Below are positions 1 through 11,345 of a stretch of 55,470 nt of DNA, piece by piece. The position numbers were made by a program, and so were the translations under genes. The notes below the pieces were generated by a model that was not told the origin of the DNA, did no database searches, and was given only the letters and a program-made list of their open reading frames with translations. The DNA comes from Octopus sinensis (Eukaryota). The number at the start of each line of letters is the position of its first letter. Position 1 is the first letter of the stretch. The stretch spans positions 1 to 55,470 of the forward strand of contig NW_021834164.1 of assembly GCF_006345805.1 (NCBI RefSeq), written 5' to 3'.

Positions 1-500
1 GGGGACAAAGACCCGTCGGTAAATGATGTTTCATCGGATAATGAAGAGCCAGAAGAGAGTGGAGCAGAATCAGATGACGAAGGATTGTTAGAGGGTGGAG
101 AGGAATCAGAAGAGGACGGAGTCCCGGTGGATGACGCGTCGTCAGAGGACGGTGAAGACGAGTTAGTGGATGGAGAGAAGTCAGTGGATGAAGACGAGTC
201 AGAGGGTGAAGACTCAAATAATGGAGGACTATGGGTGGACGACGACGAGTCAGTGGTGGGAGACGAGTCAGTGGATGAAGGCGAGTCAGCGGATGAAGAC
301 TCAAACGATGGAGGACTATCAGTGGGTGACGACGAGTCAGTGGACGAAGAGGAGTCAGCGGATGAAGCAGATTCCGAGAGTGAAGATGAAGCAGCGACTG
401 AGAGTCTCTTACTGAATAATGGAACGTCGGTTTCTAGCGAAACGCTTGATTCTGGAAACTCAACAACCGAAGGAGAAAGCCTTGCTGTGTCCAGTTCTCG
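1..500 (+). CDS. Exon (5'-truncated by the window) of acidic/EGF-repeat gene; D/E/S-rich low-complexity region
   Basis: Frame open from nt 1 (GDKDPSVNDVSSDNEEPEES...AVSSS); ends at canonical donor CTCG|GTAAGT at 501 in phase 2; two N-glycosylation sequons (NGT, NST). Confidence 0.85.
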
Positions 501-929
501 GTAAGTTAATGCTTCATTCCACCCGGTTTCACATCGCCACTTTCCTCTTCGGGGCTTCTTGTGGTTTTTTACTTTTTTCTTATTAAATAATCGGACCGTG
601 TCTATCTTCGTGTGAATGTTTTAAGTGTTTTAGTGAAAAGAGAGGAGTTGAGCCCGTAGCTCTGTTCAGGGCCCCTGGCATATGTGGGAAGCAATGGGTG
701 AGGTGGGGCTTGGCCCTAACAATTGCAACAGAAGGGACTCAGTGTACCTGAATTACACCAGCATTTGTAGTTTTTATGTCGATCTGTTTTTACTTAGCCC
801 AGTGCATCTCTGTCAGTAGGTAGAAATGAAAACCCATAGCCTGTATATCATAACTGTATTTTTTCAAACAGTCCTCCATAGATCCCTCTTTTTCTTTAAT
901 ATATGATGAGATATTCTTTTCTACTTGAG

Positions 930-1310
930 GCACAAGGCCCGAAATTTGGAGGGAGGGGGCCAGTCGATTATATCGACCCTAGTGCGTAACTGGTACATAT
1001 TTAATCGACTCCGAAAGGAAGAAAGGCAAAGTCGACCTCGGCGTAAATTGAACTCAGAACCTAACGGCAGACGAAATACCTATTTCTTTACTACTCACAA
1101 GGAGCTAAACACAGAGAGGACAAACAAGAACAGACAAAGGGATTAAGTCGATTTTATCGACCCCAGTGTGTAACTGGCACTTAATTTATTGACCGCGAAA
1201 GGATGAAAGGCAAAGTCGACCTCGGCGGAATTTGAACTCTGAACGTAACGGCAGACGAAATACCGCTAAGCATCTCGCCCGGCGTGCTAACGTTTCTGCC
1301 AGCTCGCTTC
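930..1310 (+). mobile_element. Octopus-type SINE family A (two nested partial copies)
   Basis: Core GTCGATT(A/T)(C/T)ATCGACCC..AACTGG..GAAAGGCAAAGTCGACCTCGGCG..TTTGAACTC recurs >15 times in the window (e.g. 2645-2814 -, 5062-5262, 5565-5780, 7808-8002, 9520-9690, 10945-11285, 42940-43140, 46672-46905 -, 51305-51712). Confidence 0.85.
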
Positions 1311-1740
1311 TTTAATACGATGAGATATTGACATACGACTGGGCAGACGATCTCTCCTAAAAGTACTTGACTTGTTTTCCTGATCCTTGCATCAATATAG
1401 GGTCCGCTGTATTTAATCCTGGTTGCTGATTCTATTGGGATGTTCCACCAACTTTCTGGATATATTCTGGTTCTGTTGCGCCAATCTTCAACAAGCCAGA
1501 TTCCTGTAACGGAGCGACGAACCTGAAGGGGCCCAAATAAAACTGTTTCAAATAATAATGATAATTAGTGTGATTTCAAATTTCTGCCACAAGAGCAGCT
1601 TGGGGTGAGGTGAGGGCGAGTCGATTACATAGAGCCTAGTCTGTTATTTTCTCGACGTTGAAAGGAAGAAAGCAAAGTGCACTTTGGGGAATTCGAAATC
1701 AGAACGGAGCGACGGGTCAAATATAGCTTAAACAACCCTT

Positions 1741-2010
1741 ATTCAACATCCTTAAACAACCCTTATTCAGTGAACTTTGGAGTGGGATGGGCTTCTCGAC
1801 CAGAAGAAAATTCTAACTGGTCCCCACCTGCAAGATCATGCGCTATTTATCTTGATATGAGATCACCATGTCCCGCACATATGGTTGTGATGCATGTGCC
1901 TGGGGTACCCTTATCAGACGGGTAGTCATGATGGGTATACTGAGCTTCGTATATTTTACCACGGTGTCACTTTGATGGCATGCACTGCTCTCTCACTCAA
2001 TAATAATAAT
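1741..2010 (+). mobile_element. Retroelement 3'-end repeat family B with (AAT)n tail
   Basis: GGCCCCACCTGCAAGGTCATGTGCTGTTTATCTTGATATGAGATC...CACTGCTCTCTCACTCAATAATAAT also at ~5330-5555, ~6345-6915 and ~10560-10932, with variable 5' truncation and a fixed 3' end. Confidence 0.8.
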
Positions 2011-2069
2011 TTCTTTTTTCGCCACTAAGGGTTTACACAAAAGGGGCTGCTCATTGAAACCCCACAAAA

Positions 2070-3780
2070 ACAACGATCACTCTGACATCTAGGGTGTATG
2101 CTCTCTTCACTTCATGTGCCCTTAATGTACAGGCGCGTACTTCTAGAAAGACCATTCACTAGGGCCATTCGAGCTACATTCACCCATCTTTTAACAAAAT
2201 TGCTAGGTGGCAGCACTTCCCTCTTTACCCTCACTTTGAGATTCTGGGTAAAGAGGAAAGTGTCTGTCTTCAGCCCTTTCAGCAAGGTCCACCAGGCAAC
2301 CTCTTTCGCTATGGCCACTAGACTAAGCAAAGATGCCTGTCCCTCCCGGTTGGAAGAAAGCAGCGGGCTGATCCTTACCAATAACTTAGCTGAAATCCGA
2401 ATCCGTCCTCCAAGTGGGAGCAGTTCTTCGATGATAAGCGCCGACCCCTTTGCTAACAGCCTGCTCGAAAGTTTGATGTCTGTGTTCAGCAGCGTTATGA
2501 ACCTAGTTTTCTATTTCATCTCCCTTGTTTGGGTCCATTTTTAGCAGTGCCACCGCTCCTAGACTCACAGAATTGGGAAATAGCCTGTTCTAGTACCAGT
2601 TACGGTAGCAGTTCTGGCAGATCTGCTAGAAGGCTGTCAAACAAAGGCGGATCGTTAGCACGACGGGAGAAATGCTTAGCGGTATTTCGACTGCCGTTAC
2701 GTTGTGAGTTCAAATTCCGCCGAGGTCGACTTTGCCTTTCATCTTTTCGGGATCGATTAAATAAGTACCAGTAACACACTGGGATCGATATAATCGAATT
2801 AATCCGTTTGTCCATCCTACGTTCTGGATATCTTTACGTTCCACATATTTGCCAAAGGGATCTTGAAATACCTCACACATCTTCTCCGGTTGGAGTTCCT
2901 TGCGCCCATTTTGGTCCACCAAAGACTGAATAGTGACTTTGCTTTGACGTTGTGCGTCTGTCATTCGACCCCATTATGGGGCTTTCCTTCCCTCTTCTCT
3001 TACAGAGTGCACCTTAGATCTGACAAGGCAACCTTCGTGTTTATCTTTGAGCAAATGGTCCAGAGCTAATCTTGCAGCAAGCAGGTCAGCTGCAATGTTC
3101 TTCCAAAGCGCCATTTCGAAGTTACTGACTAAATTCCCTTCTGTTTTATCCATCTCTACCACTAATGCTTTAATAAACCTACCTAACGCCAACCATCATT
3201 TGTTGTTGACGATTAGCCCCATCAACGCCATCTTAGTTAATTGTCTAATTCGGTCTCTGTTGGATTGGCACTTTGGGAGCAACGCTTTCAGCCTCCAGTA
3301 ACCGGATCCCTGCCTTCTAAGCCTATCTAGGTTAACAACTTCTACTAACGTTAATCTACTTGCCTATAGAACCCCGTTCCTCATCAAAATACGACCTGGT
3401 TGACCCCATACAGGCTTTTACCATCCGCTTTCTATTCGCTAGACCCACACAGTCCAATTGTATCTCTAAGGCACCGTACCAGTTGCCCACTAACTCTAAA
3501 TTTCGAGGCATTCCTAGGAATACCTCTCGATGTCTGAAGATATACGGCTTCCCTGCTTCTATCGGAGTATAAACAGGTACCTGTCTGTAAGTACCCCCGT
3601 CACTACAATTCGCATCCAGGACCATCATCTCTCCTTCTGGATCCAGGAAGATAGTCCTTATGTTGAGATCCATGCCCCTACGGATCAACGCCGCCGTTCA
3701 ACCTCCGATTCCCGGTTGACATGGAGATAAATACTTCTCGTATCCCGCGAAAGATGGCAAGAAAGCATGTCGGTCGGAAA
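2070..3780 (-). mobile_element. Degenerate L1/Tx1-like non-LTR retrotransposon (APE endonuclease + linker + C-terminus, RT core missing)
   Basis: - strand ORF fragments RTIFLDPEGEMMVLD..VPVYTP..LELVGNWYGALE (APE-like), KHEGCLVRSK (Tx1-like linker), LVAIAKEVAWWT..KRWVNVARMA (C-terminus); interrupted by SINE A at ~2645-2814. Confidence 0.75.
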
Positions 3781-4635
3781 GTCTAGTTTCACTGATGGCG
3801 ATTACATCGACACTTAGTGATCTAATGTCGTTGAGTAGTGGCCTTGTTTCCAAGGCGATCGCAAGTCAGTTCTTTGTATATTCGTCTTTTTATATCTCTG
3901 GAACCCCCCACCCATTCCTTCAAGGGATTTTATTTTTATAGTGTTATATGCGTTTATATGTATATGTATATATATTTATACACACACACACACTTATATA
4001 TTCCTTCTTTCTTTTTTTCCAGGGGAATATGTCGAGTGAGATGTTATAAAACCGTGACCTACAAAAGGGCCCGAAGAAGCTGGTGCTGGTTTTTGAGACG
4101 GTGTACAAAATACCGGTAAATACGAAGCCACCTTTCCGGATTTTCTATACAGAGTAAACTTTCAATATTACGGCATCCACCGATGACAAAGTATTCATTA
4201 CCCTCGCACATTAATATCTTAATATTTCGCTTGGGCATAGCGAAAATAACAATATGGTGTAGAACTCAATCTAGGTGTGATCCAGAATTCAATTGTAGAT
4301 AAGTGTAAAATGGTAAGAGAAAGCAAAGAAATGGCACCGGCAAAAACAAAGGTTATGTAACGCACTTCATTGGCTAACAGCTGTTTCTGATGTAGGTTGT
4401 GGTGGAGGATTAGTTGAGTACCAGGATATCATGCTCTAGCTTCATCAGAGCCTTCAATGTGAAAAGCACTTTATTTAGGATAATCGCATTTTCAGACTAC
4501 ACAGTCGTATATTCTGAAAGTGTAACTTGTATGTGTGTATGTATGTGTTTGTGTGGTTGTCTGAACTTACCATCATTGTGTTATATATCCTTCTGGTTAT
4601 ATATCCTTTTATTCTATCCTTCTCTCATTTAACAG

Positions 4636-4712
4636 TACAGCTTCCAGGAGAATCCTTACAACCTGTCGCAGATGCTGCAGAGGATGGACCGGCACGCCTG
4701 GAAGGTGCAGAG
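4636..4712 (+). CDS. Exon 2 of acidic/EGF gene, Cys-rich CCxGW (EMI-like C-terminal) segment
   Basis: TTTAACAG| acceptor and AG|GTAAGA donor; phase 2 continues the upstream exon to give R-TASRRILTTCRRCCRGWTGTPGRCR. Confidence 0.8.
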
Positions 4713-5521
4713 GTAAGAACATGTGTTCAGTTCTCTCCGGATGTTATGTGTAGATAAGGCCTAATATTTTCTTGATATTTTCTATTTTATATCCAAATAT
4801 GACATCCAATGGTCTCGTTTCAAATTTCCTTTTTCTTTCGTATCACAATCCTTTGAAGAAAGACATCGCTATTTCTTCCATTTTATTTTTCCTGTTTTAT
4901 ATTGTAATATATGCAAATGAGCGTCGTATCGTCCCGTCTTCTTTCCACCATATTTGATCAGATGGAGTGCATTTTGATGTATGTAATCCCTTTGCCACAG
5001 CAACTGAGCTGAGAAAGGTCTGACTTCTGTTAAAAGAACATGGTGCATCAAACTTATTCTACAATAGGCAAAAGGCCTGATATTTTGTGGTCAGGTGGGG
5101 GTCAGTCGATTACATTGAGCCTAATATTTCAATGGCGCTCATTTCATCGACTCCGAAACGATGGATTCCAACGTCGACATTGGCAGATTTTGAACTTGTT
5201 ACGACGAAATAACGCTAAGAACTTTGTCCGGCGTTTTCACGACTCTGCCAGCTCACCGCCTTAATAATAACAACCACAATGTTGATGACGATGATGACGA
5301 TGATGATGATGATGATGAGGATGGTACAAAAATTTCTAACTGGGCCCCACCTGCAAGGTCATGTGCTGTTTATCTTGATATGAGATCCCCATGTCGCACA
5401 CATATGGTTGTGATGCATGTGCCTGGTGTACCCTTGTGAGACGGGTTCTCATGAGCAGTATACTGGGCTTCGTATATTATATCCCAGTGTCACTTTGATG
5501 ACATGCACTGCTCTCTAATTC

Positions 5522-5554
<33 letters not shown>

Positions 5555-5800
5555 TTCACTAAATTTTGGAGAAGGGGACTAGTCGATTACATCGACCCCA
5601 GTGTATAACTGGTGCTTATTACATTGACCCAACCCCAAATAATGCATCTGTTTTATATACATGCAATTAAGCGCAATAAATTTGTTTTCTTGACCCTGAA
5701 AGAAAGGCGGAATTTGAACACAGAATGTAAAGACGGACAAAATGCCGCCAAACATTTTTACCGTCGTGCAAACGATTCTGCTAACGACGACGACGACCAC

Positions 5801-5848
<48 letters not shown>

Positions 5849-5898
5849 AGAATTCTGATTGTTATATATAATTGTGTTATTTCTGTTCTGCTTTCCAG

Positions 5899-6018
5899 CC
5901 GTCGGAGGAGCGTGCAGATGGAATCGGTGCGGGAGAAATGGTAGATGCGTCAGGAGAGGAACCTCTTTCACTTGTTACTGCAGACGGGGCTATTATTTCA
6001 ATAGAAGAACATGTGTTT
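5899..6018 (+). CDS. EGF-like exon, type A (Arg-rich)
   Basis: TTTCCAG| ... |GTAAGT, 120 nt, phase 1-1; [40 protein letters not shown] has six Cys in EGF spacing. The ORF track reads another frame. Confidence 0.9.
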
Positions 6019-6088
6019 GTAAGTAAAGGACAAACTGCAGCTACAAGAACAATATACACACGTATATCTATAAGCAATTGGCTGGGAG

Positions 6089-6200
<112 letters not shown>

Positions 6201-6344
6201 TAAAAATGATAATAATTATAATGATAATAGTAATAATAATAATAATAATGATGATGATGATGATGATGATAATAATAATAATAATAACAACAACAACAAC
6301 AACAATAACAATAATAATAATAATAATGATAACAATTATAATAA

Positions 6345-6857
6345 TAAATGCCCCACAGTGGCTTTCATGGTTTCTGATCTTAACTGATTCGAAGTTTTGG
6401 GCTGCAGCACATATTCTGCTCAGTACAACAGATTTGCTTGTCATTTGTTTGACCTTAACCAGTTTGAGCATGTCCCTTAGTGGCTGACGATTTGTGCATC
6501 TCTGATCATGAGCAGAAGTAGTGGGGGAGCATCATAGCCACGTGTTGAGAGGCATTCTTGGAGGTTTGGATAATTCACCTTTGGAAACATGGGTGGTTTG
6601 TTCAACATCCTTAAACAATTTATTTAGGGACGTTTTGAGCGGGATGGGCTACTCCAACTGAAGAAATTTCCAACTGGGCCCCACCTGCAAGGTCATGTGC
6701 TGTTTATCTTGAAATGAGATCATCATGTGGCACACATGTGGTTGTGAAACATGTGCCTAGTATACCCTTATCAAACGGGTAGTCATGATGGGTATACTGG
6801 GCTTCGTATATTTTACCCTAGTGTCACTTTGATGACAAGTACTGTTCTCTCTCTCTC

Positions 6858-6915
<58 letters not shown>
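6345..6915 (+). mobile_element. Longest family B copy, flanked both sides by (AAT)n
   Basis: Shares its 3' ~280 nt with the other family B copies; embedded in AAT microsatellite. Confidence 0.75.
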
Positions 6916-7074
6916 TTAATCCCTTTTACTGTAGGCAGAAGGCCTGAAATTTTAGCGGTGGGGGATAGTCGATCACATCGCTCCCCTCCCGCCACTGTTT
7001 CAGTGGTTTTTGTTTACAATCCTCCCAGCGTACCACCTGAAGAATAACACCAACCAAAACATCAATATCAATAA

Positions 7075-7471
7075 TGATGGTGGTGATGCTGCTGCTGATG
7101 ATGATGATAATTATGATGATGAAGATGATGGTGGTGATGGTTATGATGAGGATGATGATGATGATGATGGTGGTGATGATGATGATGATGATAATGATGA
7201 TGAAGATGATGGTGATGATGATGATAATGACGACGATGATGATGATGGTTATGATGAGGATGGTGATGATGATGATGATGATGATGGTGGTGATGATGAT
7301 GGTGGTGATGGTGGTGGTGATGATGATGATGACGACGATGATGATGATGGTAATGATGAGGATGTTGATGATGATGATGATAATGATGATGAAGATGATG
7401 ATGGTGGTGGTGGTGATGATGATGATGATGATGACGACGACGATGATGATGGTTATGATGAGGATGGTGAC

Positions 7472-7507
<36 letters not shown>

Positions 7508-7563
7508 TATGATGATGAAGATGATGGTGGTGATGGTTATGATGAGGATGGTGATGATGATGA
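7075..7563 (+). repeat. Compound (GAT/GGT/AAT)n trinucleotide tract
   Basis: ~490 nt of degenerate GAT repeats; source of the spurious poly-D, poly-M and poly-H ORFs. Confidence 0.95.
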
Positions 7564-7609
7564 TACATAAGTGTTACATCCATGCAATTAATTTGTTTTA
7601 CTTTTCCAG

Positions 7610-7729
7610 ACAGAAACGAGTGCAGACGGAAGTATGTGTGCGGAAGATACGGGAGATGCATCAACACCCCAGGATCCTACAGATGTTTCTGTCGTCGAGG
7701 TTCCCGTTTCAATGGGAGAACATGCGTTG
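7610..7729 (+). CDS. Calcium-binding-type EGF exon, type B (Arg-rich)
   Basis: TTTTCCAG| ... |GTAAGT, 120 nt, phase 1-1; [40 protein letters not shown] with cbEGF-like NEC and CxNTxGSYxCxC motifs. Confidence 0.9.
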
Positions 7730-8008
7730 GTAAGTGAAGCAGAATAGACAACAACAACAACAACAACACACGTTTATGTATAAGTAATAATCTTTTCTAC
7801 TCTAGACAGAAGGCCTGGAATTTTGGTGTGTGGTAAGTCGATTACGTCGACCCCACTACTCACCTGGTACTCAATTTATCGACCCCAAAACGATGGAAGG
7901 CAAAGTCGACCTCTGTGAAATTTGAACTCAGAACGTAGCGACATACGAAATACCGCAAAGATTTCGCCCCGCACGCTAACGACTCTGCCAGCTCGAGACC
8001 TTAATAAA

Positions 8009-8065
<57 letters not shown>

Positions 8066-9264
8066 TGAGACATGGCTACGGTTGCATAAAGGAAGTTTAA
8101 AATGGGAGAAATTTTTTAGTAGCAGCACGGGATCAAGTTTTAAGGACTAATTGGATAAACACCAAGATATACAAAAACCAATTAGATTCCAAATGTAGCC
8201 TATGCAAATCAAAGGAAGAAGGCATTTCTCATATAGTAATTGAATATAGCATGACGTCACAGAAAGAATTCAAGAAAATATATGACATCTTCGGTAGAGT
8301 AATCCACTGGGATTTGTGTGGACATCTAGGATTTTTAACATGCTGACAAATGGTATGAACACGAACCTGGAAAAGTATTAGAAAGTAAGAAATATAAGAT
8401 GTTGTGGGAGTTCGTCATTCAGACTGACAGTAATAGAAGCTAGAAGGCCTGATTTGGTAGCAGAAGATAAAGAGAATAGAAAGTGCCAGATAACCGACTT
8501 TACGGTCCCAAATGATGAAAACATTAATATGGGAAGTATAGAAAAAAAATGAGGCCCAATGGCCCACTGGTTAGGGCAGCGGACTCGCGGTCATAGGATC
8601 GCGGTTTCGATTCCCAGACCGGGCGTTGTGAGTGTTTATTGAGCGAAAACACCTAAAAAGCTCCACGATGCTCTGGCAGGGGATGGTGGTGATCCCTGCT
8701 GTGCTCTTTCACCACAACTTTCTCTCACTCTTACTTCCTGTTTCTGTTGTACCTGTATTTCAAGGGGCCGGCCTTGTCACTCTCAGTGTCACACTGAATT
8801 TCCCCGAGAACTACGTTAAGGGTGCACGTGTCAGTGGAGTGCTCAGCCACTTACACGTTAATTTCACGAGCAGGCTGTTCCATTGATTCGGATCAACCGG
8901 AACCATCATCGTCGTAACCAACGGAGTGCTTCCATCCATAGAAAAAATAGCAGAGTACCAGGACGTAGCCATTGAATTACCGAAACTATGGAAAGTGCGG
9001 GTAAAATGCGTCCCAGTAGTTATAGGAGCATTGGAAACTATCCCTAAAGGTCTGAACAGATGGAGAGAGGACATAGGCAGAAAACCCAGTTTCGTACAGC
9101 TCCAGAAAACAGTGTTATTATGGACAGCTAAGAAGCTTAGGAGGGATCTTGGCATCTAAGGTTACTTGCTGCAACCCAATAGGTGGGTTCTTGATATTTA
9201 AGGCGGCTTGTAGACCCCTGTTTGGGTCTTTTCTTTTCTAACAGTCTGGCTGGTTGTGTGTATA

Positions 9265-9265
<1 letters not shown>
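8066..9265 (+). mobile_element. 5'-truncated R4/Dong-like RLE non-LTR retrotransposon
   Basis: Zinc-knuckle-like DSKCSLCKSKEEGISHIVIE, IHWDLC, KWYEHEP, RRPDLV (PD..D restriction-like endonuclease) and VPVVIGAL motifs; flanked by (TAA)n on both sides; frameshifted. Confidence 0.8.
8551..8937 (+). mobile_element. tRNA-derived SINE inserted into the Dong-like element
   Basis: A-box-like TGGCCCACTGG and B-box-like GGTTTCGATTCC head; flanking direct repeat ATAGAAAAAA(AA)T at 8538-8550 and 8938-8948; LINE coding sequence resumes after it. Confidence 0.8.
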
Positions 9266-9333
<68 letters not shown>

Positions 9334-9457
9334 TAATAATGATGGTGATGATGATGATGATGATGTTGGTGTTGATGATCATAATGATGATAATGATGAT
9401 GATGATGATGTGATGATGATGATGATGATGATGATGATGTTGATGATGATGATGATG

Positions 9458-9509
<52 letters not shown>

Positions 9510-9793
9510 AATGATGATTTCCAAATTGCCACAGAGGGCAAGTAATTCTGGGTCGGGGATAAGTCGATTACATCGACCCCAGTGAACATCTGTTACTTAT
9601 TCAATCGACCCGGAAGCGATGAAAGGCAAAGTTGACGTCTGTGGTGTTTGAACTTAGAAAGAACAGACGCTGTCGAAATGACACCCGGTGTGGTAACTAT
9701 CTGTCATTATGATGATGATCATGATGATGATGATGATGATGAAAGAATTCTGATTGTTATATATAATTGTGTTATTTCTGTTCTGCTTTCCAG

Positions 9794-9913
9794 CCGTCGG
9801 AGGACCGTGCAGATGGAATCGGTGCGGGAGAAATGGTAGATGCGTCAAGAGAGGAACCTCTTTCACTTGTTACTGCAGACGGGGCTATTATTTCAATAGA
9901 AGAACATGTGTTG
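9794..9913 (+). CDS. EGF-like exon, type A (near-identical duplicate of 5899-6018)
   Basis: Same splice context; [40 protein letters not shown]. Confidence 0.9.
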
Positions 9914-10000
9914 GTAAGTAAAGGACAAACAGCAGCTACAAGAACAATATACACACGTATATCTATAAGCAATTGGCTGGGAGATAATAATAATAATAAT

Positions 10001-10038
<38 letters not shown>

Positions 10039-10047
10039 TAATAATAA

Positions 10048-10078
<31 letters not shown>

Positions 10079-10380
10079 AAGAAAAAAGATAATAATAATT
10101 AATTCGCTTATTCGCCACAAGGGCTAACAAAAATCAATTATACCATAAAGGGACAAAACACAGGACTAAAGTTACAAAGTGTTTTTCCGTTTGAAAAATC
10201 CGTGTAAAAAACAGTGTAACAACGAACATATTTAATGTCACAAACTTTTGGGGGAAACGGTCTAGTCGATTACATCGACCCCAGAGTATAACTGGTGCTT
10301 ATTACATTGACCCAACCCCAAATAATGCATTTGTTTTATATACATGCAATTAAGTGCAATAAATTTGTTTTCATTTGCAG

Positions 10381-10508
10381 ATGTAAACGAGTGCAGAAGG
10401 AGGTTTCGATGCGGTAGAAACGGGAGATGCATCAACACAATAGGGTCCTACAAATGTTTGTGTAAACCAGGGTTCCGTTTCAATGGGAGAACATGTGTTC
10501 GTAGATAA
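10381..10508 (+). CDS. Terminal coding exon, cbEGF type B
   Basis: TTTCATTTGCAG| acceptor; [42 protein letters not shown] then TAA at 10506-10508. Confidence 0.88.
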
Positions 10509-10858
10509 AGCACACAACAACAACAAAACGTGTAAGTATAAGTAATTGGCTTGAATTCTTCGGGGTTTGGATAATTCACCTTTGGAATCGTGGGTGTTTC
10601 GTTCAACATCCTTAAACAACCCTTATTCAGGAAATTTTTTATAGGGATAGGCTACTCGACCAAAAGAAAATTCTAACTGGGCTCCACCATCAAGGTCAGG
10701 TGCTATTTATCTTCATATGAGGTCACCATGTCACGCACATATGGTTGTGATGCATGTGCCTGGTCTACCCTTATCAGACGGGTATTCGTGATGGGTATAC
10801 TGGGCTTCCTATATTTTACCCCAGTGTCACTTTGATGGCATGCACTGCTCTCTAACTC

Positions 10859-10918
<60 letters not shown>

Positions 10919-11290
10919 AATAATAGTAATAATCCATTCTACTATGTGAACAAGGCTTGAACTTTGTGGAGGAGGCGGTGAAGTGGATTACATAGACCCC
11001 AGTGTAGAACTAGTTCTTAATTCATCGATCCCGAAGGACGAAAGGCAAAGTTGATCTCGGCGGAATTTGAACCCAGAACATAAAAACGGTCGAATTGCCT
11101 CCAAGCATTTTGTCCGGCGTGTTAACGATTCGTCCGTACTTGACTGGTACTTATTTTATCGACCGCGGAGAGATGAAAGGAAAAGTCGACCTCGGTGGAA
11201 TTTGAAATCAGAACGTTAAATGAACGGGCAAAATATCGCCAAGCATTTTACCCGGCGTTTCAATCATTCTGCCATCTCACCGCCTTCACC

Positions 11291-11345
<55 letters not shown>

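Noticed and set aside
7010-7733. Poly-Asp, poly-Met and poly-His ORFs
   Set aside because: Translations of a GAT microsatellite inside an intron; no splice support.
8556-8630. tRNA-like sequence
   Set aside because: It is the head of a SINE with a TSD and a paralog at 34842; no convincing complete cloverleaf.
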